Below are positions 1-9,449 of a stretch of 60,492 bases of DNA, in pieces. Positions within the stretch are counted from its first letter, which is position 1; each line of letters opens with the position of its first letter. Source of the stretch: Sedimentibacter sp. (GTDB lineage: Bacteria; Bacillota; Clostridia; Tissierellales; Sedimentibacteraceae); NCBI GenBank assembly GCA_017995755.1, contig JAGOIH010000001.1, positions 1 through 60,492 of the forward strand, written 5' to 3'. Below the pieces are notes generated by a model. It ran no database searches and had not been told where the DNA came from. It worked only from the letters and a program-made list of their open reading frames with translations. Both the position numbers and the translations under genes were made by a program.

Positions 1-752
1 TCTTCCCTGCCTATGCGAATGTCACACTGGCTCATCCAGTGCATATTTAATTTTTTAATTTCCATTAACAGTTTGTCCAAATATTCTCTGTCAGAAAAAA
101 TATTGTCATCCAATAAAAGAAATCTGTTAAAACCTAATTCTTTTACCTGTTTAATATCTCTTATAACTTCTTCAAGAGGTTTTTTTATATAATGTCCCTT
201 GTACAAGCATGAGACGGAACAAAAGCTGCATGTGTTTGGACACCCCCTTCCCGCCTGGACGGGAAGAAAATTTCCTATTCTTTTGTTTATTATTAGGTCG
301 AACCTTGGAAGTGGTGTTGAAAAGAAACCGCTCTCCAGATTTTTTTCATATACTTTTTTTAGATTTCCTTCTTCATAATCTTTTAAAAGCTCATGCCAAA
401 CAAGCTCCGCATCACCGACAACAAGGCTGTCACAGTGCTTCAATGCTTCCTCAGCCATTATGCTTGCCATGTAGCCTCCCAGTATTACAGTCTTTCCCAT
501 TTGGCGAAATTTCTGTGCAATATCAATTGAGCGGATAACTCCGTGCCCCATGGTGCTTATTCCTATAAGGTCAGCATCTGTATCAAAGGGAATATCCTCA
601 ATTATTTCAAGGATTATTTCTGTTTCCCAGTCATCAGGCATCATTGCTGCCAATAAGGGCATGGCAAGTCCCACAAAATATAATTTATTCTTCTTAATGG
701 GCATGTGATTTTTGTCATAGGGGCTTGGCTGTATCAATAATATTTTCTTCAT
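1..752 (-). CDS. Cobalamin-binding radical SAM protein (3' end runs off the window)
   Basis: Not in the ORF track because no stop is in the window. Manual translation from ATG 752 (TGATG overlap with the upstream gene): MKKILLIQPSPYDK...GISTMGH...ILGGYMAS...QAGRGCPNTCSFC...LLDDN, i.e. B12-binding N-terminus plus CxxxCxxC. Confidence 0.9.
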   Translation of the reverse strand, partial: MKKILLIQPSPYDKNHMPIKKNKLYFVGLAMPLLAAMMPDDWETEIILEIIEDIPFDTDADLIGISTMGHGVIRSIDIAQKFRQMGKTVILGGYMASIMAEEALKHCDSLVVGDAELVWHELLKDYEEGNLKKVYEKNLESGFFSTPLPRFDLIINKRIGNFLPVQAGRGCPNTCSFCSVSCLYKGHYIKKPLEEVIRDIKQVKELGFNRFLLLDDNIFSDREYLDKLLMEIKKLNMHWMSQCDIRIGRE

Positions 753-2113
753 CAATGACTCCTTAAAATCTTTTGAATATACTGGGAGCTAACAAAGCTT
801 GAACCCGCCAGCATTTTTAAATTTGCCTTAAAACCGTATTTCTTTATCAGGTATACAAAATTCTTTGGTCTCATGATTACCTTATAATATGCTTTCAATA
901 TTTCTTTATAAAAATCTCTTATGCTCATATACTTTGGCTTTAAAACAACGTGCGCCATGTCCCACACTTCATATTCATGTCTTTTGGCCAAAAGCGTACC
1001 CTTGTACATGTCGAATATTTCAGTTCCCGGAAGGGGTGTAAGAGGCTGGAGGTTGACAAATCTTACATTTAATTTTCTCAGCCATTCCGTTAGCTTCCTG
1101 AAATCTTCCTTATTAAAATCAAGTGGAATAATCAATGTTGCATACAGTTCAATATCTAATTCCTGTAATATTTGAATGCATTTTTCGTTTATTTCTATGG
1201 TTGTCCCCTTGTTGTAATCCTCTAAGTCACCTGTTCTTATGGATTCTATTCCCACTATTACAGCCTGCAGACCCGAAGCTTTAAGTTTTATCATTATATC
1301 TTTGTTTCGTGCAATAAAATCAGCTCTTCCGTAAACAAGGAATTTCTTTCTTATGTTATTTGCCCCAAGCTCTTCAATGAAGCTTTCAAGCTTATTTCTA
1401 TCATATAAAAAATCGTCATCTACAATATATATTTCCTCTTCTTCAATTGAAGCTAATTCTTCTATAATGTCACCCATCTGGCGGGTAAAATATTTGCCGT
1501 TTGTAATTTCCTTGCAAAAGCAGAAGGAACAGTCATATGGGCATCCAAAGGAAGTTTTTATAAGGGCGCAAGGGTTATGAAACATGTAGTAATAATGCTT
1601 CCTGTATTCTTTTACAGCATTTCTGTCAGGATAGCTGTAATCGAAGGTGGTTTTCTTTTCACCTCTATTTATTTCTTCATTTATTTCCTGCACATTTTTA
1701 TTATTTATTAAACCCCGCAATGTTAAATTAAAATTGTCAATTCCATTTTTCTCGTATATAAAATCAATATATTCAGACCTGTAATCCTCAGGCACAACCT
1801 CTGCATGAACTCCCCCGACTCCTGTCTTAATCAAAGGATTAATTTTTTTTGCATCCTTTGCCATTTGTTTTATTGTCCCCACATGGGAAATATAGCCTGT
1901 AAACACTAGGAGGTCAGGCTTTTTAATTTTTACAATCTCTTCAAAGCTTGTTTTTTCAAGTATCATATCCACAATTTCAGCATTTGTTTCCCTCTTTAAA
2001 TCATCCGGAATATTAGAAATCAAATATTCAAGCTCCAAAGGCTCACAAATCATTACATGCTGCAGGCCTATTGTTTCTTTGCAGGGTCTTGGCCTTACCA
2101 TCAATACTTTCAT
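752..2113 (-). CDS. Cobalamin-binding radical SAM protein
   Basis: EPLELEYL, GVGGVHA (B12-binding domain), TSFGCPYDCSFC, IVDDDF, GIES, TPLPGT. Confidence 0.9.
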   Translation of the reverse strand: MKVLMVRPRPCKETIGLQHVMICEPLELEYLISNIPDDLKRETNAEIVDMILEKTSFEEIVKIKKPDLLVFTGYISHVGTIKQMAKDAKKINPLIKTGVGGVHAEVVPEDYRSEYIDFIYEKNGIDNFNLTLRGLINNKNVQEINEEINRGEKKTTFDYSYPDRNAVKEYRKHYYYMFHNPCALIKTSFGCPYDCSFCFCKEITNGKYFTRQMGDIIEELASIEEEEIYIVDDDFLYDRNKLESFIEELGANNIRKKFLVYGRADFIARNKDIMIKLKASGLQAVIVGIESIRTGDLEDYNKGTTIEINEKCIQILQELDIELYATLIIPLDFNKEDFRKLTEWLRKLNVRFVNLQPLTPLPGTEIFDMYKGTLLAKRHEYEVWDMAHVVLKPKYMSIRDFYKEILKAYYKVIMRPKNFVYLIKKYGFKANLKMLAGSSFVSSQYIQKILRSH

Positions 2114-2727
2114 GATTTCACCTTCTTGAGAGTGTAAACCGCTATTCTTGGCATAAAAAACTTTTTTTTGATTATATTTAAATTTTCCACTGTGAAAAAG
2201 GGAGCTGTCATAATTCTGAATTCATTATCGGAAGGATAGTATGCTTTGCCTGTGGTTAACTTCACGAAGCTTAATATAAATTTGTCATATGTGCTGTTAC
2301 CGCTGGCAAACCCTATCAGTAATTCCCCCTTATCACTTAATAAATTATACAATTGTCTGATAACATCCTTCGGCTTCTTGTAATAAGGCAGTGAATGGGT
2401 ACAGATTATTATGTCATACTCATCATCCAGGACACTAAGATTTGTAACATCCATATTTAAATGCAAAGCTTTTGGATTTCTCTTCTTTGATATTTCAATC
2501 ATTTTTTCTGAAAAATCAATCCCGGTAATTCCAATGTTTTCAAATCTTTTTGTCAATTCAAGTATTAATTCTCCGGTACCGCATCCTAAATCCAGAACCT
2601 TTAAATTATCTTTATTTATATATTTTGAAAGGGCGTTTATTATATAATCTCTGGTGGGTTTCAGGGAATACTTTTGCACCCACAGCTTGTCATATTTACC
2701 TGCCCAATAATCCCATATATTGTGCAT
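2110..2727 (-). CDS. Class I SAM-dependent methyltransferase
   Basis: VLDLGCGTG motif I, GIDFSEKM; ATGA overlap with the next gene. Confidence 0.9.
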   Translation of the reverse strand: MHNIWDYWAGKYDKLWVQKYSLKPTRDYIINALSKYINKDNLKVLDLGCGTGELILELTKRFENIGITGIDFSEKMIEISKKRNPKALHLNMDVTNLSVLDDEYDIIICTHSLPYYKKPKDVIRQLYNLLSDKGELLIGFASGNSTYDKFILSFVKLTTGKAYYPSDNEFRIMTAPFFTVENLNIIKKKFFMPRIAVYTLKKVKS

Positions 2728-2731
2728 ATGC

Positions 2732-4009
2732 TCACCTGTCTTTACTAAATAGAAATTTTCTAACTCTTTTCGATCTTAAAAGCCTTATGTGAAGTCCATA
2801 GAACAAAGTATAAAATATGAACTTGGGCAGTTTAGGCTTTATCAGAAGATGCAAGAAATCGTACCTCTCCGGTCTTTTATCAATCAAAAGTTCTTCAAAT
2901 TCTTCATATAGCTTTGTTTTCTTCATGGGAGTCATGATTGATACAGTATAAACATCTATCTTGTTTTCCTTAATAAACTTTATTAAATTATAAAAATCCT
3001 TGACTCCATAGTTTGGCCTTACCATAAAGAGGGCTGTTAATTCAATATTGTTTTCTTTCAATAAGGATATTGCCAAGGGATAGTCTCCCGCATCGGTAGT
3101 TTTTTCATACTCGCCAAGCTCACTGTTAACAGTTGCCTCAAAACCTGTGATAACCTCCCTAAGGCCTGCATCTCCAAGCCTTTTTAACAGGTCCTTCTCT
3201 CTTAGTATGAAATCTGCCCTTAAATATCCAATAATGGAAAAGTCTTTATTTCTTTTTTCTGCAGCTTCAATGAATTTCAAGGCGTCATTTCTTGTTGAAA
3301 ACAACACATCATCAACTATCCAGTAATAATCCGCATCTATGCTTTCCATTTCCTCAAACATTTTCTCATAGTCCCCGCATATAAAATGCTTGTTGTTAAG
3401 AAGCTTGCAGTAGCAAAATGAGCAATTGTAGGGGCATCCTATGCTTCCCTTTATAATTGCAACATTTCTTTTATCAAGATATTTAAGTTTTGATTTTGCC
3501 TTGTAAAAAAAATCCCTGTCAGGCTTAATATTCTCAATTTCGTAAATACTCTCTTTTTCTCCAAGATGCCACTTTCCCCCAATATTTGTATCAAGTCCGC
3601 AATTTAAAGGGATACTGTCATTATTTATTATTTTTTCAATCAGCAGTTTAAATGTATTTAAGCTAAATGAGTGAAAAACATAGTCTATTGCAGATACTCT
3701 GAATGCTTCCGGATTTTCTTGCACATGAACTCCGCCCCCTATTATTTTTACATTGGGATAAATACTTTTATAAAATTCGGACCTTCTTATCATTTCATTT
3801 TCCGCCGTATTGTAGCCTGTGACCACAATTATATCAGGTGTTTTGTCTTTTGGAGGACTAAAAGCAAAAAGCCGGTCCACAATATAGGTCTCAATATTCA
3901 TTTCGTTTAATACAGCTTTTAAATAGCATAATTCCAAAGGCTCAACCTTTACAGGGTCGATAATTGAAAATAATGTTTTGACCCTTACCTTTTCCAAAAA
4001 AACTATCAT
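2732..4009 (-). CDS. Cobalamin-binding radical SAM protein
   Basis: EPLELCYL, GGGVHV, GSIGCPYNCSFC, IVDDVL; start moved to ATG 4009, downstream of an AAGGA RBS. Confidence 0.88.
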   Translation of the reverse strand: MIVFLEKVRVKTLFSIIDPVKVEPLELCYLKAVLNEMNIETYIVDRLFAFSPPKDKTPDIIVVTGYNTAENEMIRRSEFYKSIYPNVKIIGGGVHVQENPEAFRVSAIDYVFHSFSLNTFKLLIEKIINNDSIPLNCGLDTNIGGKWHLGEKESIYEIENIKPDRDFFYKAKSKLKYLDKRNVAIIKGSIGCPYNCSFCYCKLLNNKHFICGDYEKMFEEMESIDADYYWIVDDVLFSTRNDALKFIEAAEKRNKDFSIIGYLRADFILREKDLLKRLGDAGLREVITGFEATVNSELGEYEKTTDAGDYPLAISLLKENNIELTALFMVRPNYGVKDFYNLIKFIKENKIDVYTVSIMTPMKKTKLYEEFEELLIDKRPERYDFLHLLIKPKLPKFIFYTLFYGLHIRLLRSKRVRKFLFSKDR

Positions 4010-4013
4010 ATTA

Positions 4014-4958
4014 TCATTCCTTAAAAACATGGTGGATTTTCTTGTATGGCCTGTATGACACAAAAGGAAGCAGCTTTTGTATTATAATATTTAAAATATA
4101 ATTGCTGTGATGAATATAAAGGAATTTATCTACTTCCCTGCAGCCGATTTTTAATTTGCTTTCTTCTGCCGTCTGGCCGAATTCTATAGTATTAACCTTT
4201 TTCTCAATACCTGCTTCAATAATCTTTAAAAGCATATTGTAGTATAAATCATATTTTTTAACATCTTCCCTGTTAAATCCCCCAAATAAAAAGCAAAGTG
4301 TGCTTTTAACTTCTTTTAACTGTATGAATCCGATAATTTTTTTTGTTTCTCTTTCTGCAAATTCGTAAATTTCCGTTTCATATGATTGAAAAAACTCAAT
4401 AGGCAGGGTTTCCAGGGGATTGTCAGTTCTGTTCATTATGCTTAAATACAAGTTGTAATGGTCTCCACTGAAATCACTGTTTTTTATTTTATTGATTATC
4501 AGCTTGTGCCTGTATCCCAGAGCCTTATTTATACGCCTTCTGTAAGAGCTTCTGAGGGCATTTAAATAATCATCAAAAGTCTTATAGCTGTTATCAAAAA
4601 CAAAGGTGGACAAGGTCCTTGAGTTTTTTATAATTTCTTCATCTGCATTTAATATTATTTTAAGTCCCTTTCTTTTTTTTATGATTTCAAGAGCCTTGCT
4701 TAAATTTCCATAGTATCCCCTTTGTGACAAGGATATGGGGAAGCCAGTAATTTGAGCTTTTGTATTTAAAGCAGGAAAATCCTTAAAATTAAACAGGTTA
4801 AGCTTAAGCTCGTAGGAAATTATAAAACTATCCTCTCCCGCTTCATAAAACTGGCCGCAGGGATTAGTTTTCTCAAGCAGTGACAGAAGTTTAATATATT
4901 CTTCATTAAAATCAAATGTTTTCATTCCTTTAAGTTCATCAGCCTTATATATTATCAT
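4014..4958 (-). CDS. GNAT/FemAB-like acyltransferase-fold protein
   Basis: TFDDYLNALRSSYRRRI and LYYNML...IEFGQTAEESKLKIG resemble Fem-like GNAT proteins. Confidence 0.65.
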   Translation of the reverse strand: MIIYKADELKGMKTFDFNEEYIKLLSLLEKTNPCGQFYEAGEDSFIISYELKLNLFNFKDFPALNTKAQITGFPISLSQRGYYGNLSKALEIIKKRKGLKIILNADEEIIKNSRTLSTFVFDNSYKTFDDYLNALRSSYRRRINKALGYRHKLIINKIKNSDFSGDHYNLYLSIMNRTDNPLETLPIEFFQSYETEIYEFAERETKKIIGFIQLKEVKSTLCFLFGGFNREDVKKYDLYYNMLLKIIEAGIEKKVNTIEFGQTAEESKLKIGCREVDKFLYIHHSNYILNIIIQKLLPFVSYRPYKKIHHVFKE

Positions 4959-6034
4959 ATAACTTCCTTAACATATGCTTTATAATGTTTATATTCTTCA
5001 TCAGCCCACTTAACGCCAAAGCCTTTTGACTTAAAATTGTCTGAAAGTATCCAGCTTGACTCCATGGTATCATACCTGCCCTTTGTGCATTTATAGCAGT
5101 AATCAAACAATGCAAGTATGGCTCCTTTGTTTCTTTCCTCAGGTATGACACCTATTTCAACTATTTTAAATGTTTTTATTCTTTTGGAAAATAATTTATT
5201 TTTTACCACTGTCTTAATGCCGGGTTTTTCATTTTTCCCTATTATTTCGTTAAAATCAGGGTACCAAAGCATAAAACCTACAGGAACTCCCTGCTTTTCA
5301 GCAAAAATAAGATTTTCTTCCCTCATTAAATATTTCAAGTCTTTGAAGAGCTCGTAATCTTCTTCTGTATCTCTTGTGTAGTAAAAAAGGTGGTCCTTGA
5401 ATGCTTCATTGTTTATTTTAGTATATATTTCTATTTCCTTCTTAAAATTCTTGAAACTTACTTCTCTTATTGTGTACATATCTTTAAGCTTTTCTCTTGC
5501 ATCAGAGCTTATAAGGGGAGGTGATGAGATCATATCCTTTTTATAACTCACCATATTAATTGTTTCAAAACCGCTTTTTTTAAAATAATCATTATAAAAT
5601 TCAGGATTGTAAGGTGCCCCGAAACTCTGCTTTTTATCAAAATCGCTTGCTAAAAATCCAAGACCGTAATTAACATGTATGTTAAGTGATCCTGTTATTT
5701 TAGAAGCTTTCTTTTCTTTTGCCATTTCCTGAGCCCTGTTTAAAATAAGCTTAAAAGCATCCATATTGTATATTTGTGATTCGAAGAAGCATATCTGCAG
5801 ATATTCAGGCATCCTGCGGGCATAGGCAAGCAAGGATACCATTGTTATTTCATTATTATCAACTATCATAAGAGGGTCAATATCTACCGAGCTTAAAAGC
5901 TTAGATTTTCCGTATAAAATATTTTTGACCATGCCTGACAGGGCATCTCTTTTTAATTCATTATTTATATATTGTTTTCTGTAAAAGTCTAGGAAGTATT
6001 TTCTGTTTTCCTTGTTTACTGTTATTAATTCCAT
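4955..6034 (-). CDS. YghO-like / bacterial ceramide synthase-like GNAT protein
   Basis: FFES, GSLN..NYGLGFL..DF, PYNPEFY, NEAF, IFAE..G.PVGF....PDFN, GVIPE.R.KG, SWIL.DN match my recollection of this family; ATG 6034 with GGAG RBS. Confidence 0.65.
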   Translation of the reverse strand: MELITVNKENRKYFLDFYRKQYINNELKRDALSGMVKNILYGKSKLLSSVDIDPLMIVDNNEITMVSLLAYARRMPEYLQICFFESQIYNMDAFKLILNRAQEMAKEKKASKITGSLNIHVNYGLGFLASDFDKKQSFGAPYNPEFYNDYFKKSGFETINMVSYKKDMISSPPLISSDAREKLKDMYTIREVSFKNFKKEIEIYTKINNEAFKDHLFYYTRDTEEDYELFKDLKYLMREENLIFAEKQGVPVGFMLWYPDFNEIIGKNEKPGIKTVVKNKLFSKRIKTFKIVEIGVIPEERNKGAILALFDYCYKCTKGRYDTMESSWILSDNFKSKGFGVKWADEEYKHYKAYVKEVI

Positions 6035-6059
6035 GGCTGCTCCATAAATTTTATAGTAC

Positions 6060-6088
6060 ATTATAGCACGGGCTAAAAACTATTACAA
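6060..6088 (-). promoter_or_regulatory. Sigma-A promoter of the radical SAM operon
   Basis: TTGTAA-17 nt-TATAAT with extended TG. Confidence 0.6.
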
Positions 6089-6101
6089 AAAAATAAAAAA
6101 A

Positions 6102-6175
6102 TCGGAGTGAAAGGATTTGAACCTTCGGCCTCATGGTCCCGAACCATGCGCGATACCAAGCTTCGCTACACCCCG
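6102..6175 (-). tRNA. tRNA-Pro (anticodon CGG), CCA not encoded
   Basis: Reverse complement CGGGGTGTAGCGAAGCTTGGTATCGCGCATGGTTCGGGACCATGAGGCCGAAGGTTCAAATCCTTTCACTCCGA folds as a cloverleaf with a GGTTCAAATCC T-arm. Confidence 0.97.
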
Positions 6176-6186
6176 ACAACATTAAC

Positions 6187-6215
6187 ATTATAAGCTCAAT
6201 GAAGATTTTTGTCAA
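6187..6215 (-). promoter_or_regulatory. Consensus sigma-A promoter of tRNA-Pro
   Basis: Exact TTGACA-17 nt-TATAAT just upstream of the tRNA. Confidence 0.85.
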
Positions 6216-6318
6216 TTAAATTTTCCCCCTTGCGTTCACTATCTTCGGGTGTTGTCTGAGGTGGACATTCCACTTACCTACAGAGACTATCACGCTAGAA
6301 AGTCTTGTGTCCCTCTTC

Positions 6319-7779
6319 TTATGTTCCGCAAAAGGTTTTGTAATCGCAAAACGATGAGGGTGGAAGGTCTGAATATTCTTTTTGATCAGCTGAATGAACA
6401 AAAGGTTTATTTAATATGCTCATCAACCTCTCCATAACACTTAAGTCCCCTTCCTCTTCGGCTGCCCTTAAAGCTTCTTCCATCCTGTGGTTTCTGGGTA
6501 TGACTGCGGGGTTGGAATTTTTCATTAGTTCAAATGATTCCTCCTTTGTTTGAGCCTGCCTCTCAAGACGGGCCTGCCACCTTTTGTGCCATTCTACAAA
6601 TTCTTGAGTTCTTTGGATGGAAGTATCGCCGAAGGTTAATTTTAAAAAGGTATTTGTATAGTCCTCCTTATTCTTATGCATTAAATCAAGCAGGTCTTCA
6701 ACAAGAGCTTCATCTTCAGTTTCCCCATTGAAAATTCCTAATTTTGACCGCATACCGGAAATCCAGTAATTATGGTATAGTTCAAAAAATTCTGAAACTG
6801 CATCCTGAGCAAGCTTAATTGACTTCTCCATATTTTCGTCAATCAGGGGTAAAATGCTTTCAGCAAATCTCGATAAATTCCATACAGCAATTTGCGGCTG
6901 ATTTTTATAGGCGTAACGTCCGTAGGTGTCTATAGAAGAGAAAACAGTATCAGGATTATAGGCATCCATAAATGCACAGGGACCATAATCTATCGTTTCT
7001 CCGCTTAAAGCCATATTGTCTGTGTTCATCACACCGTGAATAAACCCAACAAGCTGCCATTTTGCAATCAAGGATGCCTGTCTTTTAACCGCCTCTTTCA
7101 AAAGTCCATAATAAGGTGTGTCATTCTTTTCAATTTCCTTGAAGTGTCTGTCAATTGTATAATCAGCTAATTGCCTTATATTTTCATCCGTTCCGAAATA
7201 AGCGGCGTATTGAAATGTTCCAACCCTAATATGACTGCCTGCCACTCTGGTTAAAATTGAGCCTTTATGGAGCTTTTCTCTTATTACAGGCTTGCCTGTA
7301 GTTACAACCGCCAAGCTTCTGCTTGTGGGGATGTTTAGTGCGTGCATTGCTTCACTTACAATGTATTCACGAAGCATTGGCCCAAGTGCTGCTCTTCCGT
7401 CTCCTCCCCGTGAATATGGAGTCTTGCCCGAGCCTTTTAACTGAATGTCATATTTTTTTCCTTCAGGTATTTTTTGTTCTCCCAACAGCATTGCCCTGCC
7501 GTCGCCAAGCATTGTAAAATAACCGAACTGATGACCGGCGTAGGCTTGCGCTATTGGTATTGACCCTTCAGGAACATCATTTCCTGAAAGATAAGATAAT
7601 CCTTCAGCGCTGATAAGTTCATTTATATCAAAGCCTAAATATTTGGCTAATTCATTGTTTAAAACCACTAATTTAGGTGAACTTACCCGGCTTAAATTTA
7701 ATTTGGAATAAAAAAAATCCGGCAGCATTGCGTAGCTGTTTTCTAAATTCCAGCCTGTTTTAGTTTTTGTATTTGTCAT
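6319..7779 (-). CDS. selO: Protein adenylyltransferase SelO (YdiU)
   Basis: [45 protein letters not shown]-terminal TFCGT. Confidence 0.95.
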   Translation of the reverse strand: MTNTKTKTGWNLENSYAMLPDFFYSKLNLSRVSSPKLVVLNNELAKYLGFDINELISAEGLSYLSGNDVPEGSIPIAQAYAGHQFGYFTMLGDGRAMLLGEQKIPEGKKYDIQLKGSGKTPYSRGGDGRAALGPMLREYIVSEAMHALNIPTSRSLAVVTTGKPVIREKLHKGSILTRVAGSHIRVGTFQYAAYFGTDENIRQLADYTIDRHFKEIEKNDTPYYGLLKEAVKRQASLIAKWQLVGFIHGVMNTDNMALSGETIDYGPCAFMDAYNPDTVFSSIDTYGRYAYKNQPQIAVWNLSRFAESILPLIDENMEKSIKLAQDAVSEFFELYHNYWISGMRSKLGIFNGETEDEALVEDLLDLMHKNKEDYTNTFLKLTFGDTSIQRTQEFVEWHKRWQARLERQAQTKEESFELMKNSNPAVIPRNHRMEEALRAAEEEGDLSVMERLMSILNKPFVHSADQKEYSDLPPSSFCDYKTFCGT

Positions 7780-7893
7780 TATTTCTCCATTATATTGTTT
7801 TTATATATTATTTACATGAAAGACATGATTAACCTGTAGTTTTATTAGAAGAATTAGAAAATTATAGAATTTATTATTTTTATATAAAAAAAA

Positions 7894-7920
7894 CTCAGAA
7901 AAAATGGGGTTAGGGCATCT
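7894..7920. repeat. Truncated copy of the ~120-bp structured intergenic element
   Basis: AAAAATGGGGTTAGGGCATCT matches the right end of the copies near 46.2, 53.6 and 59.6 kb. Confidence 0.7.
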
Positions 7921-8784
7921 TTATTTCCCTATTAAGTTTTCTCTTGCGTAGAAAAAAAGATATTGCTGGGCAAAGCCTGAATACTTCCCGAATTTTTCCT
8001 CGGCAAATTTTCTTATATCTACATCCTTAGTATCCTTGCTTAAATAAAGTGTCTGCATTATTCTTCTTACCCAGACATCAACGGGGAATGTATCAAAATG
8101 CCTGGTTGAAAACAATAAAATACAGTTGGCAACCTTGTCCCCTATTCCCTTATAAGTTTTTAAATAAGCCAGTCCATCTTCATAGTCCATGTTTCTGATG
8201 TTGTATATTTGGTCCCTTTCAAGTAAGAATCTTGCTGCAGCTTCCTTTATCCTGGGAGATCTGAAACCTGCCTTGCACTGAAAAATTTCTTCAACAGGAG
8301 CTTGAGATAAGCTTTCCGCCGACGGGAAACTGTAATAATCCCTGCCCCTGTAGTTGCATATGTATTCGCCAAAGCAAGTACATAAATTTTCTATAACCTT
8401 TTTAATCATAGGAATTCTGTTGTTTGCTGAAATCATAAAAGAAATCATTGTTTCCCACTCATCTTGAGCCAGTATTCTTATGCCCTCTCCGTAATTAATG
8501 GCGTTTTTCATAATTTCATCTGTGTTCAATGCTTTTTTAATCACTGCGTAATCCGTGTCAAAGTCAAAGTAGCTTCTTATGATATCATAATCGGAAATAT
8601 TGTTAAATTCAACAGTGCTGCCTTCCTGCCGCAGATTTATAACATTGTTTTTAACAACTCCCGTATATGACCCGTCCTCTTCCTTATTCCATCTGAAGCA
8701 CTGGCCGCACTCAAAAATATGCCTTGTGTTAAAATCCTTCACGTCATGTATTGTAATCTTATTGTCCATTTGTACAATATCCAT
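7921..8784 (-). CDS. ogg: 8-oxoguanine DNA glycosylase (Ogg/HhH-GPD family)
   Basis: FECGQCFRW, SANNRI, KGIGDKVANCILLF, FPVDVWV. Confidence 0.88.
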   Translation of the reverse strand: MDIVQMDNKITIHDVKDFNTRHIFECGQCFRWNKEEDGSYTGVVKNNVINLRQEGSTVEFNNISDYDIIRSYFDFDTDYAVIKKALNTDEIMKNAINYGEGIRILAQDEWETMISFMISANNRIPMIKKVIENLCTCFGEYICNYRGRDYYSFPSAESLSQAPVEEIFQCKAGFRSPRIKEAAARFLLERDQIYNIRNMDYEDGLAYLKTYKGIGDKVANCILLFSTRHFDTFPVDVWVRRIMQTLYLSKDTKDVDIRKFAEEKFGKYSGFAQQYLFFYARENLIGK

Positions 8785-8793
8785 ATTCAACAC

Positions 8794-9435
8794 CTATAAA
8801 TATTCAATGAAATTCCCTTGTGCACAGGTCTTCGCCTTTTCAAGCAATTCATTGCTTTCTTCCTTTTTCCCTTCATTTTCCAATATTTTGCCGGTATAAT
8901 AATAGCCCATTGCTTTCCTGTATTCATTTGATGTAATATCAGGCAGCTTATTAAAAAAATCCCTGGATTCTGATATTCTGTCGTTGTAATAGTCAGAAAC
9001 GGCATTAATCAGTTCAATTGTAACTTTGTTGTAATCCTTTTTATAATATGAATCCATAACATCCTTAACCTCGTTTAAAATACCATTGGCTTTTTCTGTG
9101 CTGCCGCCGAAATATAAGCTTAAAAGCAGGTTGTGGTAATATACTACCTGCCAGAAATTAGGTATTTTATTCACTTTTTCAGTTAATATGCCTGCTGCCT
9201 CGTCAAACCTGCCGGCATACAAAAGACCTGTTGACTTTTGTATATAATTTATATCAATTTCTGTTTTAGACTGGCGTTTTGCAAGAAGATTATCTATTTC
9301 CTGAATATATTGGTCAGGTTTTTTATCAGCATACAAGAGTTTGTTAAACTGTTCAACCTGAATTTTTAAGCTGTTTCTTCTTATAAACAAATAAATAATA
9401 TAAACTGCAAATAAACCAATAATTACATAATGCAT
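8794..9435 (-). CDS. Membrane-anchored TPR-like hypothetical protein
   Basis: Hydrophobic N-terminus; helical repeats such as YYYTGKILENEGKKEES. Confidence 0.6.
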   Translation of the reverse strand: MHYVIIGLFAVYIIYLFIRRNSLKIQVEQFNKLLYADKKPDQYIQEIDNLLAKRQSKTEIDINYIQKSTGLLYAGRFDEAAGILTEKVNKIPNFWQVVYYHNLLLSLYFGGSTEKANGILNEVKDVMDSYYKKDYNKVTIELINAVSDYYNDRISESRDFFNKLPDITSNEYRKAMGYYYTGKILENEGKKEESNELLEKAKTCAQGNFIEYL

Positions 9436-9449
9436 TTTGTCTCCCCATA

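Noticed and set aside
209-538. Plus-strand 109-aa ORF and similar short antisense ORFs throughout
   Set aside because: They lie opposite well-supported minus-strand genes and show no motifs.
6319-6340. Selenocysteine at the SelO C-terminus
   Set aside because: The gene ends FCGT-TAA with no in-frame TGA.
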